NCBI GenBank assembly: GCA_038325205.1
Contig: JBBQIT010000001.1
Span: forward strand, 1 to 34,657
Source of the DNA: Bdellovibrionota bacterium
GTDB taxonomy: Bacteria; Bdellovibrionota; FAC87; UBA2466
Direction of reading: 5' to 3'
DNA: 34,657 nucleotides
The notes beneath the pieces are model-generated. The model was not told where the DNA came from. It saw only the letters and a list, made by a program, of their open reading frames with translations, and did no database searches. Numbering within the stretch: the stretch's first letter is position 1; the number at the start of each line of letters is the position of its first letter. Shown one piece after another: positions 15,537 to 28,400 of the stretch. A program made the position numbers and the translations under genes.

Positions 15537-18358
15537 AAACCAATCCGTTAGTCGAACTACATAGGTTCGGGCAAAGTATTTGGTTCGATTTTATACGAAA
15601 AGGCATGCTTCTCTCCGGCGAGTTTCAGAAACTTATTACGGAAGATGGCGTGCTTGGGGTGACCTCCAACCCATCCATTTTTGAAAAAGCAATCACCGGT
15701 AGCCACGATTACGATGATGCGATACGGGCGGCTTCTCTTGAAGGAAAGACGTCCAAAGAAATTTACCAACTTCTCACGGTGGGGGATGTGCAAAGGGCCG
15801 CTGATCTCTTTCTTCCAGTTTTCGAAAGGCTGAAAGGCGAAGATGGTTTCGTGAGTCTTGAAGTCTCCCCTCACCTTGCTCATGACACGGACGGTACCAT
15901 TCGCGAAGCGCGAACCCTTTGGGCGGCAGCATCCCGGCCGAATGTGCTTATTAAAGTGCCAGCTACGGCTCAAGGGATACCCGCGATAAAGCAACTGATT
16001 AGCGAAGGCATTAACGTCAACGTCACCCTACTTTTTGGGCTTGATCGTTACTTTGATGTCATCGAGGCTTATATCTCGGGACTTGAACGTCGAATCCAAG
16101 AGGGTAATTCCGTACGTGACATTACCTCTGTCGCTAGCTTTTTCTTAAGCCGCATCGACGTGCTAGTAGATCCCCTTCTCGAGAAGCTTCCGCGCGATAA
16201 AGACCAACATTCTCGAAACGCTTCACAGCTTCGCGGCAAAGTAGCTATAGCGAGCGCGAAAATCGCGTATCAGAAATATAAGGACGTCTTTAACGGCGAG
16301 AGATTTAGGAAATTAAAGAATCAAGGAGCCAAAACCCAACGGCTCCTATGGGCCAGTACGAGCACAAAAGACCCTTCGGAATCGGATGTTAAATATGTCG
16401 AAGAGCTCATTGGCGCAGAGACCGTAAATACGCTCCCTCTGGAAACCCTCAACGCTTATCGTGATCATGGCAAACCTGCGTCCCGTCTAGAGACCGATAT
16501 TCCCCAAGCCACCACAACTCTCGAATGCCTAAATGAAGCGGGAATCGACTTGCGGAGAGTCACCCAACAACTGGAGGACGAAGGGGTCAATAAATTTAGC
16601 CGGGCATTCGATAAGCTAATGACTGCATTAGAAGTAAAACGAAAGAAAACGCTCACTGAGTCCACGGAAACCCAAACGCTTAACCTTGCAGACTACGGGA
16701 AAGCGGTTCAGGAGCGCATCCAGTTGCTGAAGGACGACGACTTCTGCCAGAGGCTGTGGCGAAAGGACGCGAGCCTGTGGAAATCCGATGAGGCGTCTCA
16801 AGCTCAAATAAAAAACTCCTTAGGGTGGCTGCATATCGCGGACAAAATGGAAGACGCGCTGGACGATGAGATTCGACAATTCACAAAGGAGATTCGCGAA
16901 GCAGGGTTTGAACATGTTTTGCACATGGGCATGGGTGGCAGCAGTCTTGCCCCGTTAGTTTTCGCTCGGACATTTTCTTGCAAGGACGGTCTGCCTTTGA
17001 CGGTCTTAGACACCACCGATCCCGCTACGATAAAAAAGATCGAAGAGTCCATCCCAATTGATAAAACTCTCTTCATAGTGGCGAGTAAATCGGGAACAAC
17101 CGCCGAACCGCTAGCCTTCAAAGACTACTTCTATGAGCGGGTAAAAGAAGTTAAAGGAAATAAAGCGGGCGAAAATTTTGTTGCTATCACTGATCCGAAT
17201 AGTCCACTGGTGACCGAAGCCCAGAACCAAGGATTTCGACGTATCTTCCTTAACGCCCCCGATATAGGGGGACGTTATTCGGCACTTTCCTATTTCGGTC
17301 TCATCCCCGCAGCCCTCATGGGAGTTAACATCAGTGAGATCTTAATTCGCGCTCTGCAAATCTCGCATGCTTCCGCTCCCTCTGTGCCCGGGCAAGATTC
17401 CCCGGCGTTAGTTCTGGGGGCGGCCTTAGGTGAAATGGCTCGGCAAGGACGCAATAAGGTCACTCTGATCGCAGATAAATCGCTTACGACGTTGGGGTTT
17501 TGGCTGGAACAACTCATGGCAGAAAGTACGGGAAAAGAAGGAACGGGACTTATTCCCGTATCCGATGAGCCACTAGGATCTCCCTCTGTTTATGGAGAAG
17601 ATCGCCTATTTGTACATTTGACGGTCAGAGACTCCGTCGAGGGACTTTTGCGAAGCGGTGCCGATGCCTTGAGACAATCTGGACAACCGATGATTACCGT
17701 TGAGATGTCGGACCTATTTGACATCGGTCAGGAATTCTTCCGCTGGGAATTTGCCACCGCCCTTGCAGGGTCCATTCTAGAAATCAATGCCTTTGACCAG
17801 CCCAATGTCCAGGAGAGTAAAGACAATACCGATCGCTTGCTTTCTCAAGCGGCTGAGGAAATTCATCGAAAGACACCAAACCTAATCACAGAGGGTGAGC
17901 TCACTTTCTTTTCAACCACGCCGACTTCAGGAACAGCTTTATTCGCGCAGTTTCTAAAGCAAGCGAAGCGCGGCGACTATGTCGCGCTGATGGCGTATCT
18001 CCCTGAAACGCTCCGAACTTATGAATGGCTGCAGACCATTCGAATGAATTTGCGCGATGGGCTTCGTCTGGCGACGACACTCGGTTACGGGCCGCGTTTT
18101 CTTCACTCGACTGGGCAACTCCATAAAGGAGGGCCTAATACGGGGCTGTTTATTCAACTGACCGCGGATGACGCTAGTGATGTATCGATTCCGGAGAAAC
18201 CTTATACGTTTGGAACTTTCAAACAAGCTCAAGCTCAAGGGGATTTGGAGGCGCTTCATAAGCACGGCCGACGTGCTATGCGTATCCATCTTGGGCAAGA
18301 TATAGAAAAGGCTCTTTTCGAGTTAGACCGCATTACGAATGAGGCCTTACGTGTCTAA
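15533..18358 (+). CDS. tal-pgi: Bifunctional transaldolase / glucose-6-phosphate isomerase fusion
   Basis: 941 aa. The N-terminal part has the transaldolase motifs TSNPSIF and KVPAT. The C-terminal part has PGI-type ASKSGTTAEP and GGRYSALS. There is a GTGA overlap with rpiB. Confidence 0.88.
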   Translation: MKTNPLVELHRFGQSIWFDFIRKGMLLSGEFQKLITEDGVLGVTSNPSIFEKAITGSHDYDDAIRAASLEGKTSKEIYQLLTVGDVQRAADLFLPVFERLKGEDGFVSLEVSPHLAHDTDGTIREARTLWAAASRPNVLIKVPATAQGIPAIKQLISEGINVNVTLLFGLDRYFDVIEAYISGLERRIQEGNSVRDITSVASFFLSRIDVLVDPLLEKLPRDKDQHSRNASQLRGKVAIASAKIAYQKYKDVFNGERFRKLKNQGAKTQRLLWASTSTKDPSESDVKYVEELIGAETVNTLPLETLNAYRDHGKPASRLETDIPQATTTLECLNEAGIDLRRVTQQLEDEGVNKFSRAFDKLMTALEVKRKKTLTESTETQTLNLADYGKAVQERIQLLKDDDFCQRLWRKDASLWKSDEASQAQIKNSLGWLHIADKMEDALDDEIRQFTKEIREAGFEHVLHMGMGGSSLAPLVFARTFSCKDGLPLTVLDTTDPATIKKIEESIPIDKTLFIVASKSGTTAEPLAFKDYFYERVKEVKGNKAGENFVAITDPNSPLVTEAQNQGFRRIFLNAPDIGGRYSALSYFGLIPAALMGVNISEILIRALQISHASAPSVPGQDSPALVLGAALGEMARQGRNKVTLIADKSLTTLGFWLEQLMAESTGKEGTGLIPVSDEPLGSPSVYGEDRLFVHLTVRDSVEGLLRSGADALRQSGQPMITVEMSDLFDIGQEFFRWEFATALAGSILEINAFDQPNVQESKDNTDRLLSQAAEEIHRKTPNLITEGELTFFSTTPTSGTALFAQFLKQAKRGDYVALMAYLPETLRTYEWLQTIRMNLRDGLRLATTLGYGPRFLHSTGQLHKGGPNTGLFIQLTADDASDVSIPEKPYTFGTFKQAQAQGDLEALHKHGRRAMRIHLGQDIEKALFELDRITNEALRV

Positions 18359-19772
18359 TCAAGACTACGACATTGGAATCATCGGACTGGGCGCAATGGG
18401 ACGAAACCTCCTGTTGAATATCGGAGATCACGGTTACCGTGTCATCGGTCTAGATAAAGACAAATCCAAAGTCCTCGCCGTAAAGAACGCGCAACGAGCA
18501 GCTGACGTTGAAGCCACCGAAGACGTTCGAGTCTTTCTATCGAGCCTTCGATTACCGCGAGCGATCGTTCTACTCGTTCCTGCGGGCTCTGCAGTCGATG
18601 CGGTATTAAAGGAAATCACCCCTTCTATGGAGAAGGGTGATTTGGTAATTGACGCCGGAAATTCCCATTTTAAAGATACTGACATCCGAGAAAAGGCGAT
18701 GGCCGACAAAGGTCTATCCTTTTTCGGAATGGGCATATCGGGAGGAGAGGCGGGGGCCAGAAATGGTCCAAGTCTTATGCCCGGTGGTAACAAGACCGCT
18801 TACGAACGTGTCCGCCCCATTCTTGAAGCGATTGCCGCGAAAGTGCCACTTCCCAATGGCGAACCCTGCGTGGCTTACCTGGGACCCGGCTCCGCCGGGC
18901 ACTATGTAAAAATGGTTCATAACGGCATCGAATACGGTCTCATGCAGCTGATCGCGGAGACCTACCATCTTATGAAAATCGGACTCAAAATGTCCGATGG
19001 GGAATGCTCTAGCGTTTACAATGAGTGGAATCACTCCGAGCTCAATGCATTTCTCTTGGAGATCACCGCCCAAATTCTTCTCAAAAAAGATGAGAAGAGT
19101 GGCCAACCTCTCATCGAGCTTGTACTCGATATTGCCAGGGAAAAGGGAACGGGTAAGTGGATCTGCCAAGATGCCATGGAGCTCCAGGTCCCTGTTCCCA
19201 CCATGGAGGCCGCGGTTGGGATGCGCGATATCTCGTTATTCCAGGAGGAAAGAAAAAAGGCCAGCCACGTTCTGACTGGTCCGGAAAGCCATCTCTGGGG
19301 AGAGCGCGATTTTTTTCTCAAACAATTAAAGAGCGCCTACTATGCCAGTTCCCTCATCACTTTCGCCCAGGGTTTCGCGCTACTTCACAAAGCCTCCTCC
19401 GCTTACCATTATGACCTCAATCTTGAGTCGGTAGCCCGCATTTGGCGAGGAGGCTGCATCATTCGGGCAGCAGCATTAGAATCGATGATCACTGCCTATC
19501 ACAGCTCTTCCAAACTTCAGAATTTACTTTTGGGTAGTCCGGGCATTGAAGTGACAAACCGACAAGCGGATTTAAGAGCCATCATCCAGATAGGAATGGA
19601 AGGGGGAATCCCGCTCCCGGGTTTGATGGCTTCTCTTTCCTATTACGACGCGTATCGAAGTGGGTGGTTACCCGCAAATCTCATCCAAGCACAACGCGAT
19701 TATTTTGGTGCCCATACCTATGAAAGAACGGATGAAGCAGGAAGCTTTCACAGCAATTGGGGAGCCCAATGA
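18339..19772 (+). CDS. gnd: 6-phosphogluconate dehydrogenase (decarboxylating)
   Basis: 477 aa with [19 protein letters not shown] and [11 protein letters not shown]. An alternative GTG start at 18351 is possible. Confidence 0.93.
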   Translation: MRPYVSNQDYDIGIIGLGAMGRNLLLNIGDHGYRVIGLDKDKSKVLAVKNAQRAADVEATEDVRVFLSSLRLPRAIVLLVPAGSAVDAVLKEITPSMEKGDLVIDAGNSHFKDTDIREKAMADKGLSFFGMGISGGEAGARNGPSLMPGGNKTAYERVRPILEAIAAKVPLPNGEPCVAYLGPGSAGHYVKMVHNGIEYGLMQLIAETYHLMKIGLKMSDGECSSVYNEWNHSELNAFLLEITAQILLKKDEKSGQPLIELVLDIAREKGTGKWICQDAMELQVPVPTMEAAVGMRDISLFQEERKKASHVLTGPESHLWGERDFFLKQLKSAYYASSLITFAQGFALLHKASSAYHYDLNLESVARIWRGGCIIRAAALESMITAYHSSSKLQNLLLGSPGIEVTNRQADLRAIIQIGMEGGIPLPGLMASLSYYDAYRSGWLPANLIQAQRDYFGAHTYERTDEAGSFHSNWGAQ

Positions 19773-21325
19773 ATGCACCAAAGCCGAATGCTCTAAAGCC
19801 ATCCATCCTGGTGATCTTGGGCGCGGGGGGAGATCTCACTCATCGAAAGCTTGTCCCGGCTCTCTATAATCTTTTTTTGGACAACCGCCTTCCAGAGAAA
19901 CTTGCCATTATCGGGCTGGATCGCAAGGAGTCGACCGAGGAGGCATTCCGTAGCCATCTATTCGATGGAGTGAAAGAATTTTCTCGCCGGGGAAAACCAG
20001 AGGAAAAGAGCTGGCATGATTTGGCGTCGGTAATAAAATATGTCGATCTGGATTTTACCGAGTCCCATTCCTATTCACAATTGGCGGAAATGCTGGCGAC
20101 CCAGGAGCAAGCTTGGAAAGAAAAAGCCAATCACATTTTCTACCTGGCCATCGCTCCCTCGTTGATTGAAACCGCTGTCAATCACCTCAACAAAGCAAAG
20201 CTCTTAACGAATGAGGCGGGAAGTCGGGTCGTGGTCGAGAAGCCTTTCGGTAGGGATTTGGCCTCAGCCTCCCGATTGAACGCCTTGTTGACTGGTATTA
20301 TGGATGAATCTCAAATTTATCGTATCGATCACTATCTAGGAAAAGAGACGGTTCAGAACATTCTGGCCCTTCGGTTTGCGAATAGCCTTTTTGAACCACT
20401 TTGGAATCGCAACTATATTGATAATGTTCAAATCACCGTCGCCGAAGAAGTCGGCGTGGAACATCGTGGTGGCTACTATGATAATGCGGGGGCATTGCGC
20501 GATATGATGGAAAACCATCTATTCCAGTTGCTAGGAATTGTTGCAATGGAAGCCCCCGTCTCCTTTGAGCAGGAGGAGATCCGAAATAAGAAGGTCGATG
20601 TACTTCACGCCATTCGTCCGATCTCAAAGGAATCGGTTGGGCGGGTTGCGGTCCGCGGGCAATACGGGACGGGTCGAGTCGGCGAGAAAGATGTCATTGA
20701 TTATCGTCACGAACCTGACGTCGCTCGTCATTCGGTGACCGAGACGTTTGCCGCACTTAAGCTTCATATCGATAATTGGCGGTGGCAGGGAGTTCCTTTT
20801 TATTTACGCACCGGAAAGAGATTAGAGTCCAGAGTCGCTGAAATCTCAATGCAGTTTCGTCCCGTGCCCCACCGCTCGTTTCCCCTAAGCGCCACAGAAG
20901 TGTGGGTGCCTAACCACTTAAGCATTCGGGTACAACGAGAGGAAGGAATCACTTTGCGTTTCCAGGCAAAAGAGCCTGGATCCACTTTTAAGTTGCGTCC
21001 AGTAGATATGAGATTTTCCTACGGCCACTGCTTTTCGGTTCAGGTTCCGGAGGCCTATGAAACACTGCTTCTTGATATCCTGAAGGGAGACACCACCTCC
21101 TTCGTGCGCGCAGATCTGGAGACCGCGGCATGGTCGGTAATCGCGCCAATTCAAGAGGTGTGGGAAGAGCATGCTCCGACTGATTTTCCGAATTATCGCG
21201 CAGGATCCTGGGGACCTCGAGAGGCAGACGAATTATTAGCCAGAGATGGAAAAAGGTGGCTCCTCCCCAGCACTCTCGAGGACGCGCAAAAGGCGACAAC
21301 CGATGATTGCAGTTTACCCGGATAG
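19769..21325 (+). CDS. zwf: Glucose-6-phosphate 1-dehydrogenase
   Basis: Motifs [16 protein letters not shown] and [10 protein letters not shown] placed the start at the ATG that forms an ATGA overlap with the gnd stop; the track start is 19757. Confidence 0.93.
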   Translation: MNAPKPNALKPSILVILGAGGDLTHRKLVPALYNLFLDNRLPEKLAIIGLDRKESTEEAFRSHLFDGVKEFSRRGKPEEKSWHDLASVIKYVDLDFTESHSYSQLAEMLATQEQAWKEKANHIFYLAIAPSLIETAVNHLNKAKLLTNEAGSRVVVEKPFGRDLASASRLNALLTGIMDESQIYRIDHYLGKETVQNILALRFANSLFEPLWNRNYIDNVQITVAEEVGVEHRGGYYDNAGALRDMMENHLFQLLGIVAMEAPVSFEQEEIRNKKVDVLHAIRPISKESVGRVAVRGQYGTGRVGEKDVIDYRHEPDVARHSVTETFAALKLHIDNWRWQGVPFYLRTGKRLESRVAEISMQFRPVPHRSFPLSATEVWVPNHLSIRVQREEGITLRFQAKEPGSTFKLRPVDMRFSYGHCFSVQVPEAYETLLLDILKGDTTSFVRADLETAAWSVIAPIQEVWEEHAPTDFPNYRAGSWGPREADELLARDGKRWLLPSTLEDAQKATTDDCSLPG

Positions 21326-22022
21326 AGAGTCGCTATCGAAAGCTGCGGCAGAATTATTTGTTTCCCAATTTCAAAAACGAGAGGCTCCCTCTCAGAGATT
21401 TAGCATCGTTCTTTCCGGAGGAAATTCGCCTCGGCTCGCTTATGAATTTCTTGCTATGGAGCCATTCAGAAGTCAGGTGGATTGGCTGCGCGTTCACGTA
21501 TTTTGGGGGGATGAACGGTGTGTAGCCCTTGACGATTCACGGAGCAATTTCAGAATGGCAAATGAAACGCTCCTGTCCCAGGTGCCAATTCCCGCCGGAC
21601 AAATCCACCCCATTCGCTGGACCAATGATCCTGATGCGGCAGCTCTGGAGTATGAGTCTCTTCTAAGACAGTATTTCGAGAATGCTTCCCCAAGTTTTGA
21701 TCTTACTTTTTTGGGTTTGGGCAAGGACGGTCACACGGCATCATTATTCCCCGAATCACCTGCCCTAAAGGAGACTGAGCGATGGGCGGTGCCCGTACGA
21801 AAGAAGGGAGACAATTTTGACCGCATCACACTGGCGCTTCCCGTACTTAACCGAACCCGGATGGCCGTGTTTCTAGTTCTCGGCGAAGAAAAAGCAGAGA
21901 TTTTAGAGAAAGTAATTTCAACCACCGAAACCTCTCTTTTTCTTCCGGCGGCACTTATCCAGCCAATTGAGGGCGAATTACGCTGGATGGTGGACTCATG
22001 CGCATACAGGGGTCTTGCCTAG
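21303..22022 (+). CDS. pgl: 6-phosphogluconolactonase
   Basis: Motifs LSGGNSP, WGDERCV and [15 protein letters not shown] chose the start at MIAVYPD; the track start is 21246. Confidence 0.88.
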   Translation: MIAVYPDRESLSKAAAELFVSQFQKREAPSQRFSIVLSGGNSPRLAYEFLAMEPFRSQVDWLRVHVFWGDERCVALDDSRSNFRMANETLLSQVPIPAGQIHPIRWTNDPDAAALEYESLLRQYFENASPSFDLTFLGLGKDGHTASLFPESPALKETERWAVPVRKKGDNFDRITLALPVLNRTRMAVFLVLGEEKAEILEKVISTTETSLFLPAALIQPIEGELRWMVDSCAYRGLA

Positions 22023-22102
22023 TTCGCTGGAAAATACCGCAAATCCCCAAAGCAAAGTCGGGTTTCTCGTAATGCCCGCCTCAGCTCATCCAATCGTCTC
22101 CG

Positions 22103-22118
22103 TGGCATGCGTTATGCA
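22103..22118 (+). promoter_or_regulatory. Sigma-54-like -24/-12 element (TGGCAT-N5-ATGCA) upstream of the SHOCT and glucan synthase genes
   Basis: The plus strand reads TGGCATGCGTTATGCA with correct GG-N10-GC spacing and a conserved TGC at -12, 50 nt upstream of the GTG at 22168. It has two deviations from TGGCAC-N5-TTGCA. Confidence 0.45.
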
Positions 22119-22167
22119 CATATTACGAATGCCAGTCCGATTAAATGACGAGAAGAAGGAGTTCACC

Positions 22168-22428
22168 GTGTTTTATTACAATACGCCCTTTTATGGAATG
22201 CACGTCCTGTGGTGGGTTTTCTGGGGAATGATCTGGATAAGCCTATTTTCTTTTTGGACGCCGGTACCGCGTCGGCGCTTACAAGATCTGAAGGAAAAAC
22301 CTCAAGATATTTTGAAACGCCGGCTAGCTAAGGGCGAGATCACTGAGCAGCAATACGTAAGTCTGAAGGCTCACTTGGAAGACGAGAAGGTCCACGGATT
22401 CCCCGCAAGTCCGCGACGGGCAGTCTAA
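22168..22428 (+). CDS. Small membrane protein with a C-terminal SHOCT domain
   Basis: There is one hydrophobic helix (MHVLWWVFWGMIWISLFSFW), then ILKRRLAKGEITEQQYVSLKAHLE, which is SHOCT-like. The GTG at 22168 has AAGGAG 6 nt upstream. The upstream part of the track ORF (from 21967) overlaps pgl and the putative promoter. Confidence 0.6.
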   Translation: MFYYNTPFYGMHVLWWVFWGMIWISLFSFWTPVPRRRLQDLKEKPQDILKRRLAKGEITEQQYVSLKAHLEDEKVHGFPASPRRAV

Positions 22429-22442
22429 GATGTGGACATGAC

Positions 22443-25400
22443 ATGAACACGGCATGTGATGAGAGAAAACTACATTATGCCGATTTTTTGCAATTGCTTG
22501 AACGCTCGACTGATCTTCTGAATGACGATTCGGTTCGCGAGGAAGTCTTTAGCGTCGAGCGACTGGAGTCCTACGCAGCCCATTTGGCCAGGCAGTTCGC
22601 TGTCAGTGCGACTCCCAAACGTGCGCGTTACATACTGCCCAAATTAAAAAAAAATGGTCGTCAACTCCTTAAGTCTTACCTTCAGCTAAGCGAGGCCATT
22701 CGGGACAAAGAAGCCATATCCCCCGCGGCAGAATGGTTTGTCGATAACTTTCATATTGTAGAAGATCAAATTAGGGAAATTAAACAGGACCTACCGAAGA
22801 ATTTCTACGATGAGCTGCCGAAGCTCTCAATGGGTGAGCTCGAAGGTTATCCCCGAGTCTATGGTATTGCACTCGCGATCATTGCGCATACGGATAGTCG
22901 CCTGGATGTTGATGCATTGAGGCGGTTTATTCGTTCGTTTCAGCAAGTATCGCCACTAACGATTGGAGAGCTGTGGGCCACGGCGATTACGTTACGCATC
23001 GCCCTAGTTGACCATTTAACCCCCCTGACCCTAAAAATCGTTGGCGCGCGGGAACAGCGTGCCGATGCCGACGCCTTCGCCGACAGACTTCTACACTTAG
23101 CCGTTCTTCCCGATACCTCCTCCGACACTATTGTGAAGATGTTTATCGCTCGAGTAGGCGAACCAAAAACGTTCAATCGCGCTTTCATTGTGCAGTTAAC
23201 CCAACGACTACGCGATCAAGATCCGGATATTCTGCCGGCATTTGATTGGCTGGAGAAACAACTTAAGCGCTACCATCACACGACCATTCAAGCCATCATT
23301 CAACTCGAACACACTCGTCAGGCAACGGCCCAAGTAACGGTCGGCAATATCATTACGAGCATGCGGCTTTTGTCGGCTCTCGATTGGCGCGAATTCATGG
23401 AGAGCGTGAGTTTGGTTGATCCGGTCCTGGATAAAGACCCGGCGGGTAGCTATTCTAAAATGGATTTTACGACTCGCGATCGCTACCGTCATGTCGTTGA
23501 GAGACTTGCGAGACGGTCTAAATGCAGCGAGATGCAAGTTGCCGAGCAATTAATTGACACGGCCGCCGGAGAGACTCCCCAGGTCGGTGATCCTGCTTCA
23601 ACGAAGCGATCTCATATTGGGTTTTACCTGATTGGAGAGGGGCGTTTCAGGTTCGAGAAACAGATCGGCTACCAGCCGCGGTTTAAGGAAGAGGTAAATC
23701 GATCTTTTTCACGGCATCCCACTTTGGTTTACTTGTCGTCGTTAAGCCTTTTAACGTTCCTGCTCCTCATCCCTGTTTTTAAGTATTTCACAAGTCAGGG
23801 AGGAAGGACTATTACCGCTCTTTGTTTCGCAATTCTAGCGACCATTCCCGCCAGCGAACTTGCGTTAAGCATTCTGAATCACATCCTGACCATGTTAACT
23901 AAGCCCAAGAGGCTTCCAAAAATTGATACGTCAAAAGGGATTCCGGACTCAGCCACCACGATGGTGGTTATTCCGACATTTCTTTCGAGCCAGGCGGCTA
24001 TCCACGATTTACTAGAACGACTTCAGGTCCACTTTCTTTCCAACCGAGATCCGCAAATCTACTTCGCTCTCCTGGGAGATTTTATCGATACCGATGAAGA
24101 AACAGATCCAAAAGATTTGAGTCTTTTGAAATCGGCGCAGGAGGGTATTTCTGAATTGAATCGAAAGTACGCCGATAGGGTTGGACCCCGGTTTTTTCTC
24201 TTTCACCGCCGCCGACTCTTCAATCCGAGTGAAAAAAAGTGGATGGGCTACGAGCGAAAGCGTGGAAAGATACATGAGTTCAATCGCCTATTAAGAGGCG
24301 CGCCCGATACCAGCTTTGTCCACAACCCTAGCGCGACTCCGAATTTGCTATTGAAAATTCAGTACGTCATTACCTTGGATTCAGACACTGACCTTCCACG
24401 AGGCACCGCTTGTACTCTCATTGGGACTGCTCTTCATCCCCTTAATGTGCCTGAGTTCGACGTCAAAACAGGACGGGTGCGTGCTGGCTACGGTATTTTC
24501 CAACCTCGAATAAGCGTAGCCTTACCAAGCGCCAACCGAACTCGATTTTCGCACCTTTTTTCAGGCGCCGCTGGTCTCGATCCATATACAACCGCGTGTT
24601 CAGATGTATACCAAGACCTCTTCGGCGAGGGTAGCTATACGGGTAAGGGACTCTACGTCGTGGACGCTTTCGAATCCGCGCTGGAAAAACGCGCTCCCGA
24701 AAATACCGTCCTAAGCCACGACCTATTCGAGGGCTGTTTTGCGCGTTCAGCATTGGTCACCGATGTGGAGCTTTATGACGACTATCCCAGCGATTACGAG
24801 ATCTACGCGAAACGGCAACATCGTTGGATTCGCGGTGACTGGCAAATTGCTCCCTGGCTCTTTCCGCGAGTTCCCACAGCCAGTTCCAACACCGCTGCGA
24901 ATCCGCTTCCGCTCATCGCCCGATGGAAAATCTTAGATAACCTTCGACGAAGTCTCGTGCCTTCGGCAGTTATTTTGTGGTTAGGACTAGCCTGGGCGGT
25001 TCTCCCCGGATCACCGCTCTTCTGGACGGTACTGATCGTGGTTCTTTTCGCTTTCCCGATTTATGCCACGGGGACTAGCAATATCTTTTGCCACCGTCAG
25101 GGCATATCCTGGCGAAGGCATGTCAGTTATCGATGGACTGAGTCCCTTCTACAAACGAAACAGATCCTAGTAATGATTGCCTTCATGCCGAATCAGGCGT
25201 GGAATCAAACAGACGCAGTTCTTCGAACGCTCTATCGTAAACTATTCAGCCATCACCAGCTACTTGAGTGGACCACATTTAACGACGCGCAAAATAATCA
25301 CCAGCAAAGTCATTTCGTTCGGAGAGCGCTCAGTCCGGGACCGGTGTTTTCAGTCCTAATCGGTGGCGCTCTCCTCGCGCGGCATCCTCTAAGCCTCTTA

Positions 25401-28400
25401 TCCGCTTTCCCTTTCCTTCTTTCCTGGCTCCTAAATCCCTTCCTGGCTGCCTGGCTTCGACGCAACCGAAACAAACCCATTCGGGCACTAAAAGCCTCGG
25501 AAACTGCAACCTTTCGATCCTATGCACGCAGAACGTGGCATTTTTTCGAGAAGTTCGTAACGAAGGAGGATAATTTTCTTGCCCCGGACAACTTCCAAGA
25601 GGAGCCGGAAAAGGTTGTGGCTCATCGCACTTCCCCGACCAACATTGGGCTGCAACTCTTGTCGTTAAGCTCCGCCTACGATTTAGGGTACATCGGTCGA
25701 ATGGAATTTTTAGAGCAAGCCGAGAACCTCTTTTCGACTCTAACCAAGCTTGAACGGATGCGCGGGCATTTATTCAATTGGTACAACACTCAAACTTTGG
25801 AACCACTTTGCCCAAAGTACATTTCGACCGTCGACAGCGGGAATCTCGCAGGTCATTTACTGACGCTTAAGCGATCGTTATTCGAATTGGGCGAAGTCCG
25901 CATGTTCAATCCTGCCGCGAAGGTTGGACTATTAGATGCACTGCACCTTCTGAAAGAGGAGACATTGCGTTGTGAAAATACATCGGAGCGTCTACGGGCA
26001 AAATGGAAGGACTTTCACTGTGATGTCGATTCCACTATTGAGCTTGTGAATTCACAAGATTTTAATTCAACCGGAAATTTAGTTGGATTTCTGAACACGC
26101 TAAAGTCTCGGCTGGGACAAATGAAGGACAATTTAGCAATCCTTGTCGCAGCTCTCGATCCGGCCCTCCCAGGTAGTTCTTATGAAGAAGTACAAATCTG
26201 GCTGACCGCAGCTCTCCATCAGGTGGATGAGGTTCAGCGAGATTGTTTATCTCATTCTGGCCAAGCCCCAGCACGGCACACCGATACAATTCAGCAGAGA
26301 ATCGATAACCTCATTAACCGCTGCGACGAAATCGCCCTGGGGATGGATTTCAAATTCCTGTTCGACGAACAGCGCAAGATGTTTGTGATCGGATACAACG
26401 CGGTCGATCATAGGAAGGACAATTCATATTATGATCTTCTCGCTTCGGAAGCACGCCTTGCAAGTTTTGTTGCGATCGCCAAAGGAGATATCCCCCAGGA
26501 GCATTGGTTTAGGCTAGGCCGGCAATTAACCAATGTTAAAGGAGGGAGGGCTCTCATCTCTTGGACCGGAACCATGTTCGAATACCTGATGCCTCTCCTG
26601 GTCACCCGAAGCTATGCCGAGACTCTGCTCTCTCAAACGTACCAGTCGATCGTGGCGCGCCAAATCGATTACGGAAAGAAAAACAAGATTCCTTGGGGCG
26701 TATCGGAGTCGGAATATAATGTGCGCGATCTGCAACTGAATTTTCAGTACCGCGCCTTCGGTATTCCGGGCCTAGGACTTAAGCGTGGCCTCAGTGATGA
26801 TTTGGTGATTTCTCCTTATTCGACGATGCTCGCCGTCACTATCGACCCCTTCTCGGCGCTTTATAACTTGCGACGATTGGAAACGTTGGGCGCGTTGTCA
26901 CGTTATGGTTTTTTCGAATCCATCGATTACACCCCTGAGCGCCTTAAGAAGGACCAAAAGTTCTTTATTTTACATTCTTTCATGGCGCACCATCAGGGAA
27001 TGAGTTTGATCTCAATAAATAATCTTTTGAATGGAAATCTGATGCAGCGACGTTTTCATTCCGAACCCTTGGTCCAAGCAACACAGCTTTTGTTGCAAGA
27101 GCGGATTCCGTTTAGCGTCCCCCTCTATCGACCCCGCGCGGAGGAGGTCCATTCTGACGGAGCTCGCCTTTCTACGCATTGGAATCCAAGAATCTATTCC
27201 GATGTGAATCTGGCAATGCCTAGAACTCAACTTCTCTCAAATGGTACCTATTCCGTCATGATCACAACGAGTGGTGCCGGATATTCTCGTTCCGGTCCAA
27301 TCGCGATCAGTCGTTGGAGGGAGGATGTTACCCGCGACCACTGGGGTCAGTTCTTTTATGTGAGAAACCGGGCAATGAATATGGTCTGGTCTTCCGGGTA
27401 TCAGCCAATCGGAGTTAAGGCCGCGAAATACGAGGTAAGCTTCACTGAAGATAAAGTCGAGTTCTGGCGGCAGGATGGAACCACGGCTACTCACACCGAA
27501 ATTATCGTTGCACCAGAAGAAAACGTTGAAATTCGCCGCATCTCTTTAACTAATAATTCCGAAGAAACCCAGGAAATTGAAGTAACGAGCTTTATGGAGA
27601 CGGCTCTCGCTCCCCCCAAGACGGACGTTGCTGGTCCAGCCTTCAGTAACCTTTTCATTCAGACCGAATTCGTTCCCGGCGAATGTGCGCTTCTCGCTAA
27701 TCGGAGGCAGCGGTCTGATAAAGAAGAGCAGATTTGGGCTTTTCACGTCGTGGTAACCGAAGGGGAAGACATGGGGAGCGTTCAGTATGAAACCGATAGG
27801 CGAGCGTTCCTGGGGAGGGGCCGGAACCCATCTGACGCTTTTGTGATTCGTGAAGATCTACCTCTATCGAATACGGTGGGCTCTGTCTTAGATCCCATCT
27901 TTTCTCTGAGAAGGTCTGTCCGGATTCCCTCTGGCGAAACGGTTCGCGTGAGTTTTGCCACCGGTGTAACAAACTCCCGTGAAGAGGCGTTACGGCTCGT
28001 CGATAAATACCACGACATCCATATTTTTGAACGAGAAATGGAGCTGGCTTGGACAGCGTCACGTGTGCAAATGCGTCACTTGAATATTGAGAGTAATCAA
28101 GCTCATTCCTTTCAAAGACTCGCTACTCGAGTGATCTATTCTGATCCTTCCTTACGCGCACGTTCCGAAGTTTTGTCGTCGAATTCAAAAAGCCAATCAG
28201 GATTGTGGGCCTACGGAATAAGCGGTGATTTGCCAATTATTCTGGCACGTGTCGGTAGTGAACTAGACCTGGCGATGGTCCGTGAGCTGCTTCACGCCCA
28301 CGAATATTTGAGGCTAAAGGGCCTGGCCCTGGATCTGGTGCTGCTCAACGAACGCGAGGCCAGTTATCTGCAAACGGTGGAAGAGGAATTGCAGAGGCAG

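Noticed and set aside
18833-18848. Antisense TGGCAC-N5-CGGCA inside gnd.
   Set aside because: It is intragenic, antisense to a highly conserved CDS, and has no downstream ORF on that strand. A chance match is likely.
21967-22167. Long N-terminal extension of the SHOCT ORF (track start 21967).
   Set aside because: The extension overlaps the pgl 3' end, is not hydrophobic or conserved-looking, and would contain the putative promoter. The GTG at 22168 has a much better RBS.
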